A DNA stretch of 11,846 bases, taken from contig JBFXGD010000107.1 in assembly GCA_050178385.1 (NCBI GenBank), positions 1 through 11,846 on the forward strand, written 5' to 3'. Shown piece by piece: positions 1-6,439 of this stretch; position 1 is the first letter of the stretch; each line of letters starts with the position of its first letter. The DNA is from Calditrichaceae bacterium (GTDB lineage: Bacteria > Calditrichota > Calditrichia > Calditrichales > JBFXGD01). Under the pieces are notes generated by a model. The model was not told the origin of the DNA and searched no databases. It was given only the letters and a program-made list of their open reading frames with translations. Both the position numbers and the translations under genes were made by a program.

Positions 1-451
1 TCTTGCGCCTCGGCGCCCCCCGTTCTCCGGTAAATTTTGCAGAGTGTTTAGGATGTTAATTTGTTTTTGGGTTTTATGTAACCCGGGTGTTTTGAAAGGG
101 CGACTTCCGCGCAGCGGTTCAGTTCACAGGGATAGTCTACTGTGTTCATTCGCCTGAAAAACTGAGATTTTCATACGAGTAGTCTTCACCTCAAATCCTT
201 CGGTTTGATCTGCATAATTTTATGTATCAGGCTCCCAATAACAGATCAAAATAACGCCCTGTAAAAATCAAAATCCAGGAGTTCAAATTCTTCCTTGCCT
301 TCAAAGCGGCGGTCAGGATATGCTCCAATTAAGTTTATTTTTTTTGGGGGCCAAGCTGTCTGAATTGGTTGGATAGACAGATACTTTTACTTGAAAATTT
401 AGGGTGAAAAATCGGCAGATGAAGCTGTCCAGCATGAGAAGAAACCATGAA

Positions 452-511
452 CGCTAACCAGGCTAATTCGGCCGACGCAAAAAGCCGCGCGGCTGATTAG
501 CGATGTTGTGG
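452..511 (+). other. Integron attC-like recombination site (about 60 bp)
   Basis: R'' box CGCTAAC (452-458) and R' box GTTGTGG (505-511). Internal fold-back GCTAAT(462-467)/ATTAGC(496-501), then C469-G495, GCCG(471-474)/CGGC(490-493), CGC(476-478)/GCG(487-489), with single unpaired bases T468 and A475. This is the typical attC layout. No integrase gene in the window. Confidence 0.75.
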
Positions 512-522
512 TCTGGTTAAAT

Positions 523-1060
523 GGAGTAATAAATCCATCAGTCGCAATATAAAGGATACAATGAGCACGCAGGTAATTCTGGTTACGTTGAATTTGCTGC
601 AGGTAAAAATCAATTCGATTTTCCTCTTTTTTGCCAATTCCACTGCCGGAAGGTGTCTGCTCAACAGAAAGATTGTAGGCGGTATTATAGTCCAGATCAA
701 CAATTGCCAGAGATGAGATTTCCTGCCCTTTTTAGATTTGCCGGCAACCCCGCTCCAAAAATAGTCGATCCCATAGCTGTGTTTCCCACTTTTGGGTACA
801 AACGAAGCATCAATTGCTGCCATCTTCTTGTTTTCTTCAGGGATGGTTTCCAAAATCAACCGGTGATTCAATTCGGTAAAATCGAATGGCTTTTTGAAAT
901 TTCTTGAAAAACTTTTTTCATGGAGAACGCTGTAACGACTCATGTTGTGGTAATTCATCCGGCCCCGGAGGATCATGATCGTTGAAAATAAGATCAACAA
1001 GAATTTCAGTTGCGGTTTAGAGATGGACATTTGAGATAAAATAGGCTTTATTGTCTCCAT
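523..1060 (-). pseudogene. DDE transposase fragment, frameshifted and C-terminally truncated
   Basis: ATG at 1060 with SD TAAGGAG (METIKPIL...). First catalytic-Asp motif AIDASFVPKSGKHSYGIDYFWSG. After AAAAAGGG (726-733) the -1 frame continues KGQEISSLAIVDLDYNTAYNLSVEQTP...NRIDFYLQQ...YIATDG (second Asp), then breaks off before the attC site. The listed 497..1114 ORF is the unshifted frame. Confidence 0.75.
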
Positions 1061-1128
1061 AGAGTTCTCCTTATGTTGATATGAAAATTTTACTTCGCAA
1101 TAAAACTTTCTCAATTTTGGAGAACTCT
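1061..1128 (-). promoter_or_regulatory. Fold-back able to sequester the transposase RBS
   Basis: Perfect 10-bp inverted repeat AGAGTTCTCC (1061-1070) / GGAGAACTCT (1119-1128). One arm carries the GGAG of the SD directly before the ATG. Confidence 0.6.
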
Positions 1129-1157
1129 TGTCTATATTATTTTATAAATCCATATTA

Positions 1158-1176
1158 AAAACTGTCCGAACTATTG
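1158..1176 (-). repeat. Putative left terminal inverted repeat of the IS (CAATAGTTCGGACAGTTTT)
   Basis: About 100 bp upstream of the transposase start and resembles termini I recall for this IS group. The partner IR is absent, so it cannot be confirmed from the window. Confidence 0.5.
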
Positions 1177-1355
1177 AAAATAAACAAACCTTATTTTATC
1201 CACCGATCCTAACATAGGGCCATCCCCAATGCCTGCCAGGGTAGGAATCGTTCTTTCGGATTTCAATCCTTCAATCTGTAACACAATTTGATCCAAACAG
1301 ATATCCCCCTTTGATGATGCCTGCGATATTCTGGATAGGTCATCTCGCACAATCT

Positions 1356-1433
1356 AAAGAATGTTTTCATTCCTTTTAAGATATAAATCATTTTATATTG
1401 ACATATAAAGGATGATGTGATTCATATATTTTC
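1356..1433 (+). promoter_or_regulatory. Candidate promoter/operator region of the xre-cas operon
   Basis: Consensus -35 TTGACA at 1398-1403, with only a weak -10 at canonical spacing. Inverted repeats GAATG-N4-CATTC (1359-1372), ATATAAA-N4-TTTATAT (1381-1398) and ATGA-N6-TCAT (1412-1425). No SD in front of ATG 1434. Confidence 0.45.
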
Positions 1434-2552
1434 ATGGATCAGAGTCTCAGCTTTATAGGAAAAAATATTCGTTTCTATCGCAGGTCAAGAAATTGGACCC
1501 TGAAACAACTGGCATCTAAAATCGGAATACAGGAAGGCCCGCTTGGCAGAATTGAAAGAGGGCAGAACCTGCCTTCTGCAACAGTGATTTTTCAGCTGTC
1601 TCAGGTTCTCAATATTCCTACTGATGCTATTTTTGCCTCCCGGATTTCAGAGGCCCAGGCAGTTGTTGAGACAGATTCCCTATTTATGACAACTGGATCT
1701 GAATCATTGCCCGCACCTTTGATAGATGCCTGTCAGGAGATAATGACGGCTTTCCACTGTCTTGAAGATGTCTGTCAGGTACAAAAATATGCCAAGCTCC
1801 CTCTTTTCATTCCTTTTGAACCAAATTATTCCGGCATGGAACAACTATCTGAAATGGTTAGAAATTATCTTGGCATCAGTGATGCGATTGTCTTTGATTA
1901 TTTTGAACTCTTTGAAAATTTTGGCCTGCGAATCCTGGTTTTTCCATTCATGAAGCAGGCCAGGGACATTGGCGCTGTTTCCTTCTATGAGCCCGACTAT
2001 CACAATGCATTTTTTTTCCTCAATGCTTTAAAAAACCCAGAAAAACAATTGTTTTCTCTTGCCCTTGAATTGGGCAAAATTCTCATTTTCAATCAGATAA
2101 AAAACTGCAGAGATAAATATCTTTTCGTCCCTGTCGCTAAAGAACAAGAGCGTCCCATTAATGAACTCCGCGCTGCTAAACGATTTGCCGCAACCTTTCT
2201 TACGCCAGCAACAGCCGTCCATGCCACTATCAGTCAGTTGGGTATTATTCCTGAGAATTGGACGTGGGACCTGCTCTTGAGAATTAAACACCGCTTCGGC
2301 GTATCAGCGGAATCATTCCTGTATCGCCTAAAAGAGTTGAACCTTATTTCCGATAAGTCGGCAGAAGAGATTCAATCCAGAATCCAAACCTTTTACAAAA
2401 ATACTCGATATAAGGAACCGGGTTCGTCCAAAAGAATTCTTAACTCCAATGGTCGTTTTTTTGACTTGCTGTTAACGGCATCATCCATCGAATCGGAAGA
2501 AACAGAAGAGATTCATGAAGTAGTGAACCGGTATAAAATTATGTGCGGGTAA
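1434..2552 (+). CDS. XRE-family HTH transcriptional regulator fused to an ImmA/IrrE (DUF955)-like domain with a degenerate HExxH motif
   Basis: N-terminal Cro/C1 HTH (IGKNIRFYRRSRNWTLKQLASKIGI...IERGQNLPS...LSQVLNI). C-terminal DUF955 signatures: EKQLFSLALELGKIL (consensus about RqrFTLAHELGHl), AKRFAATFLTP and FGVSAESFLYRLKELNLI. 372 aa. Confidence 0.85.
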   Translation: MDQSLSFIGKNIRFYRRSRNWTLKQLASKIGIQEGPLGRIERGQNLPSATVIFQLSQVLNIPTDAIFASRISEAQAVVETDSLFMTTGSESLPAPLIDACQEIMTAFHCLEDVCQVQKYAKLPLFIPFEPNYSGMEQLSEMVRNYLGISDAIVFDYFELFENFGLRILVFPFMKQARDIGAVSFYEPDYHNAFFFLNALKNPEKQLFSLALELGKILIFNQIKNCRDKYLFVPVAKEQERPINELRAAKRFAATFLTPATAVHATISQLGIIPENWTWDLLLRIKHRFGVSAESFLYRLKELNLISDKSAEEIQSRIQTFYKNTRYKEPGSSKRILNSNGRFFDLLLTASSIESEETEEIHEVVNRYKIMCG

Positions 2553-2570
2553 TATTCAAGGAGGCTTGAC

Positions 2571-3584
2571 ATTCAACTAATAGTCAACTCAAGCGGAACT
2601 CTGATCAAACAGAGAAATGAAATATTTTTGTTCCAGAACAAGGAAAACAAACTTGAATTGTCACCACTTAAGCTGGAGTCAATCATTATTTCCAACCAGG
2701 CCATGATCTCAACAGCGGCTATCTCCTTGGCGCTGGAGCACAACATTGATCTCGTATTTCTTGATAAATACGGCTTTCCTTTAGGCAGGGTCTGGTTCTC
2801 TAAAATGGGTTCCACTGCAACGATTCGGAGAAAGCAACTCGAAGCAGCAGAAGTCGATATCGGGGTGAAACTGGTGCTTGGTATGATACAAAATAAATTG
2901 GAAAACCAAATTGCTTTTCTAAAGAAACTCAAATACGCCCGACCAGATAAAAAGGATCTGTTTGACACCCCCATACATACTATTCAGGGGTCCCTCGAAT
3001 CTTTGGACTGCGATCTCAGGGATCTTGAAGAATCCCGATCTCTTATTATGGGGCTTGAAGGCGCTGCCGGTCGAGCTTACTTTTCCTGCATTTCCAGAAT
3101 TATGCCGGAAAACTATCGTTTTAAAGGGCGCTCAAGACATCCGGCATTGGACCCATTTAACGCGGCCTTGAATTATTGCTATGGCGTCCTTTATTCACAA
3201 GTTGAGAAAGCCTGTATCATTGCAGGGCTTGATCCTTTTGTAGGATTCATGCATACGGATAACTACAACAAAAAATCTTTGGTCTTCGACCTCATTGAGC
3301 CTTTTCGTATTTTTGCAGATCAGGTATCAGTCTATTTTTTTACCGGCAAAAAAGCAAAAGACGAATACTTTCATATCCAGGAAAAGTCCTGCTCACTCAA
3401 CACAAAAGGCAAACCACATATCATAGAGGCACTTAACAATCACCTTGAAGAAAAGGTCCGTTACCGCAATAAAAATGTAAAAAGAAAACACATCATAAGT
3501 CACGAGGCGCACCGTTTAGCCAACATTCTTTTGGAGGATTCAGGAATGGCACGTCCCGACTGGCTCGAAATAAAGGAGTTCTAA
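2571..3584 (+). CDS. cas1: CRISPR-associated integrase Cas1 (337 aa from a probable ATT start; the ORF track gives TTG 2628)
   Basis: IDLVFLDKYGFPLGR, MGLEGAAGRAYF, DPFNAALNYCYGVLY, GLDPFVGFMH and LVFDLIEPFR, so catalytic E/H/acidic residues are present. The frame is open upstream to give xQLIVNSSGTLIKQRNEIF, like Cas1 N-termini. SD AAGGAGG at 2558-2564 lies 6 nt before ATT 2571. Confidence 0.95.
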   Translation: MQLIVNSSGTLIKQRNEIFLFQNKENKLELSPLKLESIIISNQAMISTAAISLALEHNIDLVFLDKYGFPLGRVWFSKMGSTATIRRKQLEAAEVDIGVKLVLGMIQNKLENQIAFLKKLKYARPDKKDLFDTPIHTIQGSLESLDCDLRDLEESRSLIMGLEGAAGRAYFSCISRIMPENYRFKGRSRHPALDPFNAALNYCYGVLYSQVEKACIIAGLDPFVGFMHTDNYNKKSLVFDLIEPFRIFADQVSVYFFTGKKAKDEYFHIQEKSCSLNTKGKPHIIEALNNHLEEKVRYRNKNVKRKHIISHEAHRLANILLEDSGMARPDWLEIKEF

Positions 3585-3585
3585 A

Positions 3586-3885
3586 ATGAGTTCCATCCTG
3601 GCTTGGATTATGTACGATATTGCAGAAAACAAAAGCCGGAACAAGGTAGCAAAAACTTGCAAAAAATATGGCCTGACCCGGGTCCAGAAGAGTATCTTTC
3701 TTGGCCGTCTGGACATCAACCGCTTCGACGAACTGGCCGAACACTGCCTGGATCTTATGAATGAAGACACAGACAGTGTCTACCTCTTTCCCTTTTGCCA
3801 GGAGGATTTTCGCCGCATCCACGTTTTGGGACAGGGTTTTGACCGGAAACTGGTGAATGATGAAATTCTTTCTAAATTCTTTTAA
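3586..3885 (+). CDS. cas2: CRISPR-associated Cas2
   Basis: 99 aa with WIMYDI, YGLTRVQKSIFLG and DSVYLFP. Follows cas1; SD AAGGAG at 3573-3578. Confidence 0.95.
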   Translation: MSSILAWIMYDIAENKSRNKVAKTCKKYGLTRVQKSIFLGRLDINRFDELAEHCLDLMNEDTDSVYLFPFCQEDFRRIHVLGQGFDRKLVNDEILSKFF

Positions 3886-3902
3886 CGTTGGAAACTCATG
3901 AC

Positions 3903-4568
3903 ATGAAAAAAGCTGTCTTAAAATTAAACAATGTTTCCCTGAAACCCGAGCAGGTTCACAAGTTGCGAGGTTTTGTCGGAAATTTATTCAAAGATCACGA
4001 TCTAATCCACAATCATAATCAGGAAACGGGCAAGGTCATATATCGTTATCCCTTAGTTCAGTTCAAGCTGATTGACCGGGTTCCATCTATTCTATGTGTC
4101 ACGGAAAAGGCGGTGACGGTGTTCCATGATCTTTTTATGAAACTGGATACCGTTACCATCGACGGCATGGAAATCCCAATTTTTGAAAAAGACTTGAAAT
4201 TGGAGGACGTGGCTTTCGGCTATTCAGATGAGACATTTGTCTACGAGTTCCAGAGTCCCTGGATCGGGCTTAACCAGAAAAACTACGCTGAATACGAAAA
4301 CACTCCTGATGAAACCGCACGCAAAGATCTGCTCAAACGTATTCTCACCGGCAACATCCTGTCCATGAGCAAATTTCTTGACGACCGACTTGCACCTGGC
4401 CAGACCATCCGTACGGATCTGACTGTTAAACCCGGGGCTGTAAAATTAAAGGGGAAATCCATGATAGGCTTTAAAGGCGTGATCAAAACCAATTTCATAA
4501 TTCCGGATTACCTGGGCCTTGGCAAATCGGTGTCGAGGGGCTTCGGAGTTGTCAGGAGGATCATATGA
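3903..4568 (+). CDS. cas6: crRNA-processing endoribonuclease Cas6 (Cas6b type)
   Basis: LRGFVG, LIHNH and YRYPLVQFK (Cas6b-like catalytic region), SPWIGLNQKNY, and C-terminal G-loop YLGLGKSVSRGFG. Start is ATG 3903 or TTG 3888. Confidence 0.92.
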   Translation: MKKAVLKLNNVSLKPEQVHKLRGFVGNLFKDHDLIHNHNQETGKVIYRYPLVQFKLIDRVPSILCVTEKAVTVFHDLFMKLDTVTIDGMEIPIFEKDLKLEDVAFGYSDETFVYEFQSPWIGLNQKNYAEYENTPDETARKDLLKRILTGNILSMSKFLDDRLAPGQTIRTDLTVKPGAVKLKGKSMIGFKGVIKTNFIIPDYLGLGKSVSRGFGVVRRII

Positions 4569-6427
4569 TAGAAGCCATTGCCGAATTGGGCAGGCATGCC
4601 CTTGCACAGGACCCATCTGTGTCCATGTTTGATATCTGGCTTGAGGACTCTTACAATGATGGACAAAATGAGCACTTGTTTCTTGTTGTTTTTGAGAAAA
4701 CGGGCGATGCCTGGTATTACAAAGGGATTGATTACCGGCAAAACGGAAAAGCTTTAAAGGCCAAGCTCCTCTATAAACGCGGTTCTTCACGTGGGAGTAA
4801 CAAAACACCCACAGGACAGGTATCCGCAGATATCGGTAAGACCTTTGACCAAAGAATCAAAGGCTGGTTTGAAGCATATTGTGAAGCAAGTTTTCTTGAT
4901 AAAGACGACCAGACATTTCTTACAAATATCAGGGATGTTATCCAGGATCACGGGGCAGACATCCGTGAAGATTTGAATAGCAAGCTGCAACAAGTTGAGG
5001 GTAAAGGAGCTGTCCTTTCGGTTTTGTTTATTGATGGGGGGCAACCCAAATTCCCGGGCGACTATCCGTTCTTTTCTCGATTTATTACTGAAGAATGTGT
5101 CAAAGAATATAAATACTCAAAAACGTTTAAAAAGTACTCTTATTCCAACCAATCGACCTGTTCGGTCTGCAAGCAAATAAAAGATGAGGTTTTTGGATAT
5201 TTTACTACGCTGAAGTTTTACAACGTGGATAAACCGGGCATGGTTTCAGGTGGTTTCCGGCAAGATCAAAGCTGGAAAAATTATCCGGTTTGCCTGGATT
5301 GCGCTTTGAATATCGAAATGGGCATTAAGGTTATGGAGTCTAACCTTGATTATAGTCTTTATGGACTGCGGTATTACCTAATTCCCAAACTCATTCGTCC
5401 TACAGGCTCGGACCCTTATCTTCTTGATACGATTTTTAATCTTAAAAAAGATTTGAAGATCAACGATCAGGACAGGCAGACCATTACCGGCCAGGAAGAT
5501 GAAGTTTTTGATCTGGTGAAAGAGGAAGAGAATCAGATCAGTTTTAATCTTGTTTTTTACGACAAGCCCCAAAAAGAAGTGTTTCGGATTCTTGCTAATA
5601 TCGAAGATGTTTTGCCCTCCCGGATCAGATGTCTGTATGATGTAAAGGACTGTGTGGACCGAATCGTATTTTTTCAGAAATTATCCAAAGAAGGGAAACG
5701 GATTTTTCGGTTTCATTTCGGCGTGATCAGGCAGTTTTTTCCCAACGATAAAATGAATGGAAATTATAATAAATCATTTCTTCAAATCGTGGATAATGTG
5801 TTTAAGAGTGCATCCATCGGGTACTCTTTTGTTCTGAGCCACATCATGAAAATTGTGAGAAAAGCATTTATTGCCGAGGAGAATGATTGGTTTTTCACTC
5901 TTCAAGGATGGATGTTGCTTATTTATTTAAACGAACTTGGCATATTAACCGACAACTGCGAAAAGGAAAGACCTATGGATCAGATGTTTTTTCAATCATT
6001 CGAAATAACGTCCAAAGAGGAGTTTGAAGATAAAGTGACTTTTTTCTTTGAGACATTCCAGAATTTTTTCAGGACAGATGCCCATAAAGGGGTTTTTCTC
6101 CTTGGGGTATTAACAAAACTATTACTGAACATTCAGTCTCAGGAAAGAAACTCAACCCCCTTCCGCTCGCGTCTGAAGGGGCTTAAGATGGACAGCCGGG
6201 ATCTGATCGGTCTGCTGCCTATAATCGTCGATAAACTCGAACAGTACCAAAAAAATTACTATTCTCGTCTTGAAACACTGATTTCCAAATTCATGATTGC
6301 AGCCGGGGATCACAATAAGTGGGAGATCCCACTGGATGAGCTGAACTATATTTTTGTCCTTGGTATGAACCTGTCCGACTATTTTAAAATCGAAAAATCG
6401 GAAAAGAATACCGTTACTAATCCCTAA
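4565..6427 (+). CDS. cas8b: Type I-B large subunit Cas8b (TM1802/Csh1 family)
   Basis: 620 aa between cas6 and cas7. MIEAIAELG start, CSVC...FYNVDKPG...YPVCLDC Zn-type motifs, C-terminal FLLGVLT...LLNIQ...PF and YIFVLGM. ATGA overlap with cas6 and SD AGGAGG. Confidence 0.9.
   Translation: MIEAIAELGRHALAQDPSVSMFDIWLEDSYNDGQNEHLFLVVFEKTGDAWYYKGIDYRQNGKALKAKLLYKRGSSRGSNKTPTGQVSADIGKTFDQRIKGWFEAYCEASFLDKDDQTFLTNIRDVIQDHGADIREDLNSKLQQVEGKGAVLSVLFIDGGQPKFPGDYPFFSRFITEECVKEYKYSKTFKKYSYSNQSTCSVCKQIKDEVFGYFTTLKFYNVDKPGMVSGGFRQDQSWKNYPVCLDCALNIEMGIKVMESNLDYSLYGLRYYLIPKLIRPTGSDPYLLDTIFNLKKDLKINDQDRQTITGQEDEVFDLVKEEENQISFNLVFYDKPQKEVFRILANIEDVLPSRIRCLYDVKDCVDRIVFFQKLSKEGKRIFRFHFGVIRQFFPNDKMNGNYNKSFLQIVDNVFKSASIGYSFVLSHIMKIVRKAFIAEENDWFFTLQGWMLLIYLNELGILTDNCEKERPMDQMFFQSFEITSKEEFEDKVTFFFETFQNFFRTDAHKGVFLLGVLTKLLLNIQSQERNSTPFRSRLKGLKMDSRDLIGLLPIIVDKLEQYQKNYYSRLETLISKFMIAAGDHNKWEIPLDELNYIFVLGMNLSDYFKIEKSEKNTVTNP
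5975..6427 (+). CDS. cas11: Probable internally translated small subunit Cas11 (150 aa), in frame inside cas8b
   Basis: AAGGA (5963-5967) lies 7 nt before in-frame ATG 5975 (KERP|MDQMFF...), at the linker before the helical C-terminal domain. Internal Cas11 translation is established for types I-B, I-C and I-D. Confidence 0.65.
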   Translation: MDQMFFQSFEITSKEEFEDKVTFFFETFQNFFRTDAHKGVFLLGVLTKLLLNIQSQERNSTPFRSRLKGLKMDSRDLIGLLPIIVDKLEQYQKNYYSRLETLISKFMIAAGDHNKWEIPLDELNYIFVLGMNLSDYFKIEKSEKNTVTNP

Positions 6428-6439
6428 GGAGGTTCCAAA

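Larger units (their letters stand above)
523..1176 (-). mobile_element. Truncated insertion sequence, IS701-like (IS4 superfamily DDE)
   Basis: Putative left terminal IR at 1158-1176, transposase start at 1060, transposase-like sequence ending near 523-539. No right IR found in the window. Confidence 0.7.

Noticed and set aside
1..450. Possible element end (about 28-51), small hairpins (107-117, 125-144) and a minus-strand coding-like remnant (IGAYPDRRFEGKEEFELLDFDFYRALF)
   Set aside because: No start codon, partner repeat or family signature, so it cannot be assigned from this window.
1269..1278. 10-nt match CAGATTGAAG between spacer 3 and the minus strand upstream of the operon, and 8-nt CAATAGTT shared by spacer 1 and the IS end
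   Set aside because: Too short and not anchored at spacer position 1, so compatible with chance. No real self-targeting was seen in the window.
1353..1368. Partial match of the putative mini-array guide (CCGAAAGAACGATTCC) to TCTAAAGAATGTTTTC near the promoter
   Set aside because: Only 11 of 16, with mismatches at seed positions 1 and 3.
2566..2571. Perfect TTGACA overlapping the cas1 start
   Set aside because: No -10 at usable spacing, and a transcript from it would begin inside cas1.
2628..2630. TTG start for cas1 given by the ORF track
   Set aside because: No SD, and it removes 19 Cas1-like N-terminal residues. ATT 2571 fits better.
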